From Takakia lepidozioides (lineage: Eukaryota; Plantae; Bryophyta), in NCBI GenBank assembly GCA_030704615.1, contig CM060733.1, forward strand, positions 44,640,492-44,704,000: a DNA stretch of 63,509 nt, given 5' to 3'. Position numbers and translations under genes: made by a program. The notes below the pieces were generated by a model. The model ran no database searches and was not told where the DNA came from. It saw nothing but the letters and a program-made list of their open reading frames with translations. Positions 22,040 to 34,300 of this stretch are shown here, piece after piece. Numbering within the stretch: position 1 is the first letter of the stretch; every line of letters starts with the position of its first letter.

Positions 22040-25000
22040 ACGACTATCTTTGTCACATGACTGAAAAAGCAGAATTGTCCCTGCATCAGAGAGGAAATTA
22101 TTACAGAACCCGAACACCCAACTCCAGTAGTTGTCATCGAATTTCTTCCAGCTTGGTGTCTTGCCCTTCGGTAGAACTTCTGGCATAGCCTGGCCGTCCG
22201 GGATGTCGAGAATGACCATGTCAGCCGCAAACATTTTCTGCACACCGCACACAAAGGTGGGACCAGTGCTCACCTGCAACAGACATGTTCAATTTTAGAA
22301 CAAAGACAAGAATGTTTTCAAAGAACCAAACTTAAATACTGCCAATGACACTTACAGATAAAAAGGAAAGAAAATGAAATTCTCACCAGATTAAGGAATG
22401 AGATCATGTTGTCCCAGGTAGGCAAAGGCACCCCAGTGGTTCCTCTCTTTTGACTCTGCATCATCGCCAGCCAACCCTCCTTGACAATCTTAATCTCTCC
22501 TGCCAAATCAGCATGGGAAGGGTGTGGCCTGGCATCGAACACGCACTGAATTGTGCGGGTATACCTTCTAGCAGTGAAGTCCTCCTCACTCTCATTTTCC
22601 TTCTCCATCTCCTTTTCTTTCTCCTTCCCCTTGTCCTTTTCCTTCTCCTTGTCCTTGGACTTGTCTTTGTCTTTTGGCTTTGCTGGTGAGATGGCTATGA
22701 CATCAGGAGCCTTGCCTTTTGGTTTGCGCCCCGCCTTCTTGCCCTTCTGCGTCGTTCCTGAGCATCAGGCTCCTTGGCAGCCAATGTTGCTATGTTTCTT
22801 TGGTACTCCTCGTCATTCAGAGGCGCCAGCATCTCAACATTATTGTTCAAATATTTCATGTGTTGCTCTTGAAAGGTCGTGTGCTCAGGTGGGCAGTCTA
22901 GGTACCAACCAAAGTCTCTGAAGTGAGAAAGACTCCAGTCCTTCAATATCCCTGCAGTGTACATGGTTGGATCATTTGCAGGGTCCGGCCACATGTCAAG
23001 ATAGTATGGAATACCACTCGGGTGATTTCCATCCATAAGCACATATTTCGTGTACCTGTGAAACACGAGACAAAACCCAACCCACCAAAGCTCGAAGTGA
23101 GTAAGATGCCAGTAGCACCGAATGAAAAAAATGAGGAAGGAAATGGAGCTCAAAACAGCTCTAAGGAGCTCTCAGGAGCTCACAACAGCTCTGGATGTGA
23201 ATGTAGTCAACGACATTCATAAAATTCCATTCAAGGACATTGCAAACACACCCTAAGTTCCTAATCCAGGTGAATGCAATTTCTAGCTTTGGAAGGACAC
23301 AGACATAGAAGTGAATGTCGACAACGACATTCACTTTGGATCTGTGATTACACTGCTAGCAAAACCTAACGATTTCTCACAAGAGGCAACAACATTGCAA
23401 CGAAAGTGAATGTCGGCAATGACATTCAGAAAACTCAAATGAGGAACTCTCACTAAATAGTCAATGGAACATACAAAATGTACATTAAATCTCACGACCT
23501 CGCAACAGCTCTAGATGTGAATGTCGTCAACGCCATTCACAAAATTCCATTCAAGGACACTGCAAACACACCCTAAGTTCCTAATCCAGGTGAATGCAAT
23601 TTCTAGCTTTGGAAGGACACAGACTTAGAAGTGAATGTCGACAACGACATTCACTTTGGATCTGTGATTACACTGCTAACAAAACCTAACGATTTCTCAC
23701 AAGAGGAAACAACATTGCAAGGAAAGTGAATGTCGGCAACGACATTCAGAAAACTTGAGTGAGGAACTCTCACTAAAAAGTCAATGGAACATACAAAACG
23801 TACATTAAATCTCAGGGCCTCGCAACAGCTCTGGATGTGAATGTCGTCAACGTCATTCACAAAATTCCATTCAAGGACATTGTAAACACACCCTAAGTTC
23901 ATAATCCAAGTGAATGCAATCTCTAGTTTTGGAAGGACACAGACATAGAAGTGAATGTCGGCACTCGACATTCACTTTGGATCTGTGATTACACTGATAA
24001 CAAAGCCTAACAATATCTCACAAGAGGCAACACAGTTTCCAGTATGACATTGCATCTGTACACAACTCGCATCATGGCCCACTCTCCCCCAACCTGACTA
24101 TTAAAGTCGTTGGACCGCAAAATGTTACCATCCTTGGAGAACTCTTGGAAAAAATAGTATCTCCAGGTGAGACATCTCCACTTCCTTATGTATGCCTCCA
24201 ATGTCATTTGGGGCGGGGAAACAATAGAAATGTTCAAGCCATTCAAAGTCTGCTCTAGCACAATGATGGCGCGCTTCTCCAACTGCAAATGGTATATTTG
24301 TCAGTTTTGCAAATAAGATACTCATCACATTCATGAAGTCAACAAAAATGGAATTTCTTTAAATACACACCTGACTCCAAAATGTAACCTTGTTAAGCCA
24401 GTTGTCAAACATTATGTCACTGATTCTTTCCATCTTTGTGCCAGGCTGTATAGTGCTCTTTGGGAACTGATTCAAGTCCTTCACTGTCTGATCTGAGTTC
24501 CAAATCTCCAGCCGTCTTATTTTGGTTTGGGGGTCGACCATGGAGATGACTAGCCGGTGCAATTTCTCCTGCTGCATCTCCGGGTGCACATGTTTGTCAC
24601 AGAGAGATTTGATCTGTAGAAGAAACTCAGCACCAAGGCCAGGATCTATTATTCTAAGCTGCTTTTCGAAGGCGGACATCAGTTTGGTTCTGCGGATTTC
24701 ATACTCCTTCTTTATTGCTGCTTCCACACCTTTTGATGTCTTAAGTTCCTCTGTTGTAGTGAGGTAGTATTCGGATTTCCCCTTCTCACCTGCCTCTGCC
24801 AAGTTCTTGCTGCATTAATCAAAATAGGGATGAGTACAAAACGAAATACAAACATGTATTCAGAAAGACAAGTGAGTACAAGCTTGGCCTTACCGCATAC
24901 ATGTACTCTCGAAACGCCTCTCGAGTCAAAGAATACCAAGTGCCTACAGCTCTTCGTGTTTTGCACTTCTTGATTATATCGGGGTGGAGTACTGTGCGAA

Positions 25001-25568
25001 AATCATCCAGCTTCATCAGACCAATCCTCTGAATTTGGAACAGTGTGTGGACCAAACTTGTTGTCACATGCGATTTCTCTGTCTGCAAAAAGATTGGAAA
25101 CAATGCATTGGTAAACATCATTTTTTGGTGGGATTAACAAGACATTGGAGAGGCAATGGAGTCTCTTGGATGACATACTTGTTCACATCGTGCATAGTTG
25201 TAAGAAGCCTAGCGATGTCATTTCCAGGATCCAAAACCATTGCCTCTACAACAACATGCTTGTCTTCGTCTTTCACATGATGTTTCTAAGTGTATCCCAT
25301 CATGCCATCAATCGATGGTTGCCGTCCCAGACGTAGAACATGTGGTTGCAAAATTATTGGGTGTTTCTTCCCATCATGAGGCCCAGCTCGAACTCCTCAT
25401 TAACATCCTTCCAGCACTCATCCCAGGTATCTCTGATCTCAGGAGACACTAATGTGCTTTTCCCATTTGTATCCGTCAGTGACACATAAAAAACTTGTGC
25501 ACCAAGTCTGTATCCATGCACGAAATCAGTTTCCAATTTTGTTATGTCATGGGAAAGAGGGGGACAGG
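22040..25568 (-). pseudogene. ParB/Srx + amino-MTase fusion gene, copy 2 (diverged, 3'-truncated inside the MTase)
   Basis: GYRLGAQVFYVS and FYVWDGNHRLMA* (DGNHR 25312-25326, TGA at 25300-25302). Exons homologous to copy 1 (TWYSLT/TWYRLT, DPGLG/DPALG, WLNKVTFW/WLNRMTWW, MRVVYR/MRIVYR, WYLD). ADMVILDIPDG at ~22196-22207. Confidence 0.85.
23183..24030. repeat. Intronic 320-bp tandem repeat (~2.6 copies), each unit with three type-C palindromes GTGAATGTCG-N4-CGACATTCAC
   Basis: CAACAGCTCT at 23183, 23503, 23823. Example AAGTGAATGTCGACAACGACATTCACTT at 23309-23336. Confidence 0.92.
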
Positions 25569-26628
25569 TGTCGCGCGGCTTTTACTCGCCCATCCCTTCG
25601 CTATCCGAGGCGGAAACTCCAAGATAGAAGAGTTGGAAATCTCTAAGTACTCAGCCCGCGCAGAACAATCAGTCATGACCTACAGCTAGTGTATCATGGG
25701 GGTGTTTCCTATTTGTTTCCCTTTTCGCATTCATCTTAGCTACCTTACCCTTGATAATTAAGTATCAGTTTGCTTCATCAATCTATCGGTTTCCTTCCTC
25801 ATCCATTCAATCCACAGCTTCACTCAGATCTCTCTATACAGTGTGATTGTATCGTGTAAGTATCAGATTATGATTTATCAGGTATCAGGCCGAAGCCATT
25901 ATGTCTCTAATCTGCTCTACAATATCACTACAGCTTTGCATATAACAAGCATCTACTAATCCTCTTTCCTCCTTCACCGTGCCCTCCATCTTTTGCTTCC
26001 GATCTCCGCTCCAGCCTGACTAAGAAGTCCTCCTCCGAATAATCCTCCTCATCTCCCCGTTTCTCCCTTTATCTTCCTCTCCGCGGTTCTAACCGTTTCC
26101 CTCGCTAACCGTCGTCTGTGAACTAACATGTTCCCTTCGCAGGTGTTGTTCCCACAGTCGTTCCCTGTCCTACTCTTCGTTCCCTATGATGTGACCGCTG
26201 TGTCAAGCTGTGACTGGCTGTGTGAAACTGTGACGGGCTGTGACTGGCTGTGCGAAACTGTGACTGGCTGTGACTGGCTGTGTCGGCTGTGACGACTGTG
26301 ACGGGCTGTGTTGGCTGTGTGGGCTGTGACGACTGTGACGGGCTGTGTTGGCTGTGTGGGCTGTGACGACTGTGACGGGCTGTGTTGGCTGTGTGTGCTG
26401 TGACGACTGTGACGGGCTGTGTTGGCTGTGACAGGCTGTGACGACTGTGACAGGCTGTGTTGGCTGTGTGTGCTGTGACGACTGTGACGGGCTGTGACGA
26501 CTGTGTAACCCCCCTCTACACTGCGCTGCTGTCACCCCTAAGGCTCCTGTTGGTCTCAGTCTGTGCAAAAATTAAGGGTACCCTACAGATCCCGTATAAG
26601 TGTCTAAGTCCCCTACAGTCCTCTAACA
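25569..26628 (-). repeat. 3' LTR of copy 1 (contains GGCTGTG microsatellite-like block ~26205-26505)
   Basis: TGTCGCGCGG...CTAACA. Matches LTRs starting at 34301, 50472 and 62763. Confidence 0.95.
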
Positions 26629-26630
26629 TT

Positions 26631-26643
26631 ACCCCTTCCCCCC
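26631..26643 (-). promoter_or_regulatory. Polypurine tract
   Basis: GGGGGGAAGGGGT on the minus strand, just before the 3' LTR. Confidence 0.85.
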
Positions 26644-26705
26644 TCAAAAAGCCGTGTCCTCACGGTTTACTGTTTCCGAGTAGCAAACCTTTGTGAGTGA
26701 GCACC

Positions 26706-29700
26706 TTATTGACGTTGAGAGTTTCGTGGCGGACTGTGTGTACGAGCCCGAGGTCTGTCTCTGGTTGACGGAGATGGTTGATCACTACCTGGATAAGTGA
26801 GGCCCTCTGGAGGCTGATATCGAGGTAACCTTTCCGGCATAGGAGACCCCCGTCGCTTCTTTTCTGCCATCTGAATTGCATAGTCTTCTCCCATGTCAAA
26901 AGAATTCGGTGAAGAAACAGTTGTATCAGAATCCTCATCACCTCTCAGATGTTTTAATTTTCGAACCTTTTGTGGAATCATCTGGGACATACAATGCTGT
27001 CCTACCATGTCTGGAAGTTTGCATTTTACAACTTGGTGTAACCGCTGAACAGCAAAATTGGTGTAGACACTGAGCTCCTTGTCTGTCCAGGTGAGTGGGG
27101 TACCAATTACTGGTGCAGCGTGCAAGTACTTCCATGCCACATGTCCCTTATAGAAAATGTCATCAAGTCCGAATTTCTGTGCTGACAAATGGTTGCAGGC
27201 TGCTTGAAACCATGAACGAATTTGAGAATCCTTTTGCATCATAACTTTTGGGTCATATAGGTACATATGAGGTGGCACCGAAGGTAATACCCAATGATCT
27301 CCACTGGAATAACTTTGAAAGCGTGTTTGCATCTTTTGTTGCTCAATGTGGTAACGTACCAGAAAACAAGCAGCGTAGTATAGCCCGCACCCCATGACAA
27401 TACTTGCTATCTCCTTGGTCTTGGTATAAATGAGTCCATGTACAACCTGGAAAGCAACCAATTCCCTCAACATGGTACCTGCCTCGTGCCAGTATTGTGC
27501 AAAGTGATGATCTTCAATATGTCGATTGTTTGGAAGAACTTTAGTCCTAGTTGCCACTGGCAGCCAAATACGCATGATTTGGTAGTAATGTGCGAATGAC
27601 TGCGGAGGACTAAATTCTTTCCAAGCCAAATCCAACATAATGGGAATTTGGTTGAAGGGCATAAGCATAGCCCTGCTGTACTCCCTTGCAGCTGGAGTTT
27701 TAGGTGGGTTAAAAGCGGCATTGCCCCATACCTCCGGCTGTGGTGGCTGTGGTGTGGTTGTAGTAACCACAGGTTCAGCTACTGGTACACTGACCTGTTG
27801 TGGTGGTGGTGGTACTGGCTCCTGTATCATTGGCATCTCATGCACCTCCTGTGAAGACTGAAAAGCCAAAGTTCTGGCTTGTAAATAAGAAGCCATTAGC
27901 TGTTCCTGAGGGATATAGACTCTTTGGTCGATGTTTGAAGTGAGGTCTTCCACTTGAGTTTGGAGTCCGTCTACATCCTCTTGTAACTCTGCTATCCTAC
28001 TATAGACATTGTCTATAGTAGTTGTGGCAATGTTCTACACCTGCAGCCTGAGCTCATTCATCTCGCTTTGGGTGAGCTTCCGTGGGGCTTTGCCCTCTAC
28101 TGGCCCTTGTGCTAACCAGACCTGCATAAGGCTGTTATCCACCAAGCTGCTTGTGGTTCCCCTGAGAGTTTGCTCCTCTCTTAGCTTGTACAATTCCAAC
28201 TGCTGTTGTAAAGCCTCCATGCGCTTCGCCTGTGGCTCAACCAATTGCGCATAAGCAGCAAGTAGATTATTGGCTTCCTTCCAAGCCTTGTTACTTACCG
28301 CGATTTCATTTCTATTGGCCATGATGGTTTGTTGCAACTCCACGATGTGTTTCTCTTGATCAGCTTCCATCTGCCTGTATTGCTTGAAAGTATCTTCATT
28401 GCGACAGATTGTATTCTTCATATCGACAATGAGCTTCATTTGCTCAACATTCTCTTCTTCTGCCTTCGTACATTTTTCCGCTTGACTGTTTATTTCTTTT
28501 GTTGATTGGTCAAGCATAGTTGTAAATGTAGCACATTGTATCGCCATCCTGTTATGCACTGTCTGCAACTCCGTATGTAGTGCATTCAGTTCTTGCAACT
28601 TGCTTTCATGCTGCACCTGCATTTGGTATAGCTGTTGCTTATGTGCTTCGTGCAACTGGTCTTGCGCGAGGCCTGCCTCAATCAATTGTTGTTTGGCCAA
28701 TTGCAAAGCCATTTCTGTATTGGCCAAGTCCTGCTTCATCTTGAGAGTGACCTCTTCATCGACCTTGTTTGCACACTCAGTGGCAAGTCGAGCCTCAAAC
28801 TCCTTCCTGAGTTCCTCTTTCAAGGCTGTCAATTGGGTAATTGGAACATGGGATTTGACATAAGTCCCCAACAAATTAAGTGTCCTGCCTATGGAACTCA
28901 TCAGCATTGCCTGTTGAGGGTCATCATGGTGAGGTTGCTGCTGTTCCTCCTGATCTTCAACAGTATGATGTCTCACTAACCATTCAGGCCATTGTCCCAC
29001 CGGATTTTCTTCCTGAACTACTTCATCTATCACCGGTGCTACAGTGTCATGACCTTCCGCCTGTGGTACCTCCGACACAGGTGTGTGTATTATATGCACC
29101 TCAGGATTTCCCTTGGGCAACTGTTGCACCTCTGGGATTTCTGTCTCCTTGACCAGACCAGAATATTCATAGAGAAGGTCCCCTTTCTCTATTTCTGCCA
29201 CTATCTGTTCTGTAGTTGGAATATCTATCCCTTCACTTTCCAAATCAATTATTTCGGGTTGAGCTGCATGGATAACTTGTGACCTTGTGACAAGTCGTTC
29301 AAGTGGCTGTGATGGTTGTGATGCAGAAGTAACTTCCTCCTCCCTCTCTGAAGGTCCTGCTTCCAGTAATAGCATTTCTCTGTGCTGCTGTGCCCCTTCC
29401 TGGCCATGAGCTTGGGAAACATTATCATGCGGAATCCGTGAAGCCAGTGGATCCGCCACTACAGTCTTTCCCCTTCTCTGCCTCTTAGTCTCGGGTTGTG
29501 CTGCTAGTCCACCCTCACTGTGTGAAGAGCCTTGCTCTTCCATTGCAGTTGTTTCTGGCTCAAACACTCCCATTTCCTTCCTTTCTTGTGCATTAAGTAT
29601 GCCAGAATTAAGGATTATTTGCGCAATGATTGGGCCAGACACTATGATAGGAGACTTTGCGGTAGTACCTTGTAATCTTTTCATCTCCTCTACTAGTGCG

Positions 29701-30425
29701 TTGTACATTATGTCCGCCCATTGTACCTCTTGTCCCTTCAGGCCTTTGAGTATTTCCTCTGTGAAGGATCTGCTCAAATATTGTTGGTTCTGTTTCAGGG
29801 CAATCAGAACGTTCAATACCTGGCCTATCTCTTTTAACCCTGGGTACACAGCTTTGGTACAAGCATAACCCTGAGTTTTAAAGAAACTCCCTTCTTGGAA
29901 TAAGTCCCCTATTTGCAGTCTTGCCCTGTGTTCCTCCACATGCACCTGACCTGCTGGCAATCGAAACAATTGCTGGAGGTATAGGGGAGTAATCATTAAT
30001 TCAACTCCCTTCACCGTTGTTGTTCCTGTCCTTGGCTCAAAGTTCTGCAAAAATTGTAACATGTACTGTCTATGGTGTAGTGTCCAATCTAGGCTTTGCA
30101 ATCCTTCCAATCTCAGCTCCTCCAGTATCTTTATCGCCTGTGGGGTAGCCATCGTTTGTTTCTGCAGAATTGTGGTGCTCTTCACCCTGATTTCCTCCAT
30201 TCTCTTCATTTTAGACTCACAGAACTGCTTTGGCTGTAACAACTGCAGGAATGCCTGTAGTGCACAAAGCATAAACGTATGGTTGCCGCAGAAAGCTATG
30301 GGTAATTTCTTGTAAGCCTGCGGGGCTTGCAAGCATTGCTCAAGAGAAAAGCTCTGCTCTGTCCTTTCGTGTCTATGCCACTGCGTAAGTAATATTGCGA
30401 GCGTATAGTCTGTTAGTTCCTCCAT
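26706..30425 (-). CDS. Extra 3' ORF (~1240 codons, one in-frame TAG at 28035): Athila-type plant-transposon domain, coiled coil, unknown C-terminal domain
   Basis: ORFs 28035-31379 and 26706-27953 share a frame. The TAG is CAG in copy 2 (LRLQVQNIA). QFLQNF...VKGVELMITPLYLQQLFRLP resembles Athila/Ogre-associated extra-ORF domains. Long Q/E heptad region. Confidence 0.8.
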
Positions 30426-30899
30426 AGTTTCCAAGTTATAGCATTTATGGCCTGTCCTGTCGAGACGCCCGTTACTCAGAACGACGCCACCTCTTGCGCT
30501 CAATTTCCTTCCATTTTCTTGATCCTTTCTCTGGTTTTCTATTGGCTGTATCCGCTGTGACTGGATTTTAGATTTTATCTTCTTTAGTGGACTTTCCCTC
30601 TTGGATAGTCCACTAGGATCACACATGTGACAAGAATTTGGCTTTTCTGTACTTGCCGTTCGTTCCGTTTCCCTTTTTCCGTACTCATTAATGGGCCCGC
30701 TTTTCATCCCTTTTGACGGCCGTTCTTGTCCTCTTTCTTTTTGACACCTGTCCTTGCACTTCATTCTCGGCTGTGTGTCGCGCCCTGACCTCCACGTGTC
30801 TATTTTTAAAGTAATTTCCGTTTCTTCTTCCTTCAGCCATTTTCCTGAAATTATTATGTGTCCACTTGTCACTGATTCTATGGATCGTGTAACTTTAGT

Positions 30900-31140
30900 A
30901 GGCTGTGTTGAGCTATGACAGGCTGTGTCATACTGTGTTACGCTGTGATAGGCTGTGTTGCACTGTGGTAAGCTGTGATAGGCTGTGACACGCTGCGGTA
31001 GGTTGTGATAGGCTGTGTTGCGCCGTGCTGGGCTGTGATAGGCTCTGTCACGCCGTGATGGGCTGTGATAGGCTGTGTTGCGCCTTGCTGGGCTGTGATA
31101 GGCTGTGTCATGCCGTGATGGGCTGTGATAGGCTGTGTCA
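30900..31140. repeat. 30-bp-period tandem repeat rich in GGCTGTG between integrase and the extra ORF
   Basis: GGCTGTGATAGGCTGTGTTGCGCCGTGCTG units. Degenerate equivalent at ~55770-55995. Confidence 0.85.
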
Positions 31141-31269
31141 CGTTTGTTTTGCCCACCCTGGTCATATATGCTGGGCCTAGCGACAAGTGTTCCATACTCC
31201 GTTCGTAACACTGGTGCAGCCCGTGACTGCTCTTTCGGTTCAACATGCAAATCATGTTGCAGGGGTTTG

Positions 31270-31795
31270 TCATGGATACCACTGTACCCCTTCAACTTAT
31301 TTGCATTGACTCTTCCCATTTTCTTTGTTAATGGTTTGTAACATGGCGGTGTTGTTATCATACATCTTTTGTATGACATAAGGTCCTTTCCATGGTGATT
31401 TAAGCTTAGAAGCTTGAATCTTTCCTTTCTTTTGCAACCATAGAACCAAATCCCCCGTCTTAAAAGTCTTTAACTTGCCTTCATCAAACTGTTCCTTTCT
31501 CTTCATCTGAATTCTGGTCATATTATCAGCTGCATCAGCACGTACTTCTTCCACATGGTATAATTCATGTTTCCTGACCTTGATGGAGTCTTGCAATTCC
31601 ATTCTTTTTCCCCACTCCGTTCTCATGGTAGGTAACAAGAATTCCACTGGAAGTAAGGCTTCCATACCATAAACTAATTGGAATGGTGTATACTTAGTGG
31701 TGACTTATATGAAGTCCTGTATGACCATAAAGCTGTCAGCAGCTTGTATCCCAATCCGTTCTGTTTGCATTGACTATCTTAGCCAAGATAGTACA
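31270..31795 (-). pseudogene. Integrase C-terminus (GPY/F domain)
   Basis: TPFQLVYGMEALLPVE...FKTGDLVL...WKGPYVI. Confidence 0.9.
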
Positions 31796-32295
31796 NNNNN
31801 NNNNNNNNNNNNNNNNNNNNNNNNNNNNNNNNNNNNNNNNNNNNNNNNNNNNNNNNNNNNNNNNNNNNNNNNNNNNNNNNNNNNNNNNNNNNNNNNNNNN
31901 NNNNNNNNNNNNNNNNNNNNNNNNNNNNNNNNNNNNNNNNNNNNNNNNNNNNNNNNNNNNNNNNNNNNNNNNNNNNNNNNNNNNNNNNNNNNNNNNNNNN
32001 NNNNNNNNNNNNNNNNNNNNNNNNNNNNNNNNNNNNNNNNNNNNNNNNNNNNNNNNNNNNNNNNNNNNNNNNNNNNNNNNNNNNNNNNNNNNNNNNNNNN
32101 NNNNNNNNNNNNNNNNNNNNNNNNNNNNNNNNNNNNNNNNNNNNNNNNNNNNNNNNNNNNNNNNNNNNNNNNNNNNNNNNNNNNNNNNNNNNNNNNNNNN
32201 NNNNNNNNNNNNNNNNNNNNNNNNNNNNNNNNNNNNNNNNNNNNNNNNNNNNNNNNNNNNNNNNNNNNNNNNNNNNNNNNNNNNNNNNNNNNNNN
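31796..32295. other. Assembly gap (500 N)
   Basis: Run of N. Confidence 1.
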
Positions 32296-34200
32296 TTTTT
32301 AGTTCTTGCCTCTTCGTTCTTCATCTGACTCATCCTCAGAGTCCTCATCTTCTTTTTTCTCTCTCCTGAGCATTCCCAATTGCTCAATTCTGTTCGCAGT
32401 TTCAAATGCCTCCTCCACTGTGTTATGGGGTAACATATCCACCCCTCGGTACCTAGTCCACACTCACAAACCAAGTCTTCTGTAACCGGGTGCTGGTACT
32501 GCAACCAGCTTTTTCATACACATTCCATCTTCTCCATATACTCTTCAACAGTTTATGCTTCTTCTGCTTCAGCTGTTGTAACTTCCATACACTTCATCCT
32601 CAGTTTTACTTGTCCTGAAACCTATTTCGAATGCTGTATTCAGCCATTCCAGGTTAGGAAATTTTTTTGGAAAAATTATAGGGAATCTGCGTACCATTCA
32701 CTTGCTTTCTTGATAAGTGAACAAGGAACCAGTCTCATCTTGGCATCATCGCCATTCTCATTGTTCACTATACACATGTGCTCAAGTTGGCTAATGTGTA
32801 AATCGGGATCCCCTTTTCCTGAATATATGGGAAAGGGTGGTTTTGCCCGTTGTGGTTGTAACGCCATCTGTGGCCCTACATTCTGCCCACTGACAGGGTG
32901 TTGGCACCCTTGCTGGTGCTGCGGCCTTCTGGACCTGTGGTTTTTGTGGTGGATCTTCCACCAATGGTGGCCCTTGAGCACTCCTTGCTTCTGGCCCCAC
33001 GATATCACAGTATCCCAGCTTCAGTTGCAATACTTCCCACACTCCCGTTGTCCCCCCAGAGCCAGAATCCAGGCAGCCCGCCTGATACCCCTGAGACGAC
33101 ACCTCGTTGGCCTGTGATCCAAGTGCTCCACTTGATCCAGGTCAACGGGTTGGGATGTCCTTGTGTAGTCTCAACCTCAGCTGTGGAGTTCTACTCTCAT
33201 TATTCTTCCTCTTCTAATTTCTTCTCTCGGTTTTCACTCCAAGTTCTGCCCTTGGGTTTCTCTTCACTCATGACTTCAACTGTAATGGTGTTGGAGAGTC
33301 TGAACTCTCCGTTGGCTCTGCCACATCCTCTTCTCTTCTTCATCTTCTGCTTCAGAAACTGGAGTTCCTGCTTTTGGGTTCCATTGCCAACTCTTATCAA
33401 AGATTTCTGTTGTCAAGTCTTTTATCCAAGGATGTACCTCAGATCTTTCACCTCGTGATTGATCTTCTTCCTTACCAATTCCTTAATCTTTCTTGCAAAG
33501 AAACCAGAAGGAGTGGCATCCAACTTAGTTCTTCCGTATAGGTGATGCACTCTTTGATCTTGATGGTGTGAGAGGGTCCAGAGATGATTCCCCTATGTCT
33601 ATTCCTCTCTCCCAAGATAGGGATAATTAGCTTTCAGATAGATAGCTTTATCTTTTTGCTGAATATCTCTGTCGTATAGCTTCTCTTTCATCATCATGTC
33701 CCATGTCTTTCATTTTCTTTTAATGTGGCAATAACCAAAACTCTTTCTGTAATATCTCTCGTATATGCTGGGTTTCTTTCAAGCTTCAATGCACCCTTAG
33801 CTATACTAGAAGTCTCTGTTACCATATAACCATATGGCAACAAGTCTGAAAAGTGTTCTTGGTGTTGAGTTTGATCCACAAAATATCATTTGGAATCCAA
33901 TTCTTTACCAGTAAAGCTCTTCATTGCATACGAGTATAAACATTCATCTTTCTTTCCTTCCCAGCCTTCAAACTCTACTCGTTTAATGGATAGCAAGCTA
34001 TCACATAAACCAATGTTGGTAACCAACGTGCTCTTCTCTACAGGATTACCTGATAAATCTTTATACCATCCTTTCTCCAGACCCCATTCTGGATCAGCAT
34101 CATGCACTCGTTTAAGAATATTTCTTACAACCGTCTGGCATCCAAGAACCTTTGAAAGAATTGTTTGGACAATCTTTTTCCTTCGTTCCACAGGGAATTT
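32296..34200 (-). pseudogene. gag plus upstream ORF-like region of copy 1
   Basis: PFPIYSGKGDPDLHISQLEHMC...KASEWY gag motif. Upstream ORFs 33694-34191 are conserved in copy 2 (62174-62653). Confidence 0.8.
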
Positions 34201-34280
34201 GATTCACTTCAAATTCTTTAATGGTCCAACCACCATGATCCCACCAGATGCCTGTCACATCTGGTTGTTCATGTCCCAGG

Positions 34281-34298
34281 TCCCCAGTATGGTCGCCA
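34281..34298 (-). promoter_or_regulatory. Primer-binding site TGGCGACCATACTGGGGA (probably tRNA-Arg)
   Basis: Starts with TGG two nt after the 5' LTR. Identical at 62743-62760. Confidence 0.8.
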
Positions 34299-34300
34299 AA

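Noticed and set aside
26203-26568. HS/TQP-repeat ORFs in LTRs (also 34830-35300, 51098-51445)
   Set aside because: Translations of the LTR microsatellite, whose length differs among LTRs.
30426-31379. N-terminal ~318 aa of the 1114-aa ORF (AYHSP repeats)
   Set aside because: Spans the integrase end, the 30-bp tandem repeat and spacer DNA. The frame is not preserved across the repeat in copy 2. The likely start is MEELTDY at 30425, though not proven.
31697-32504. ORFs containing X runs
   Set aside because: Artefacts of the N gap.
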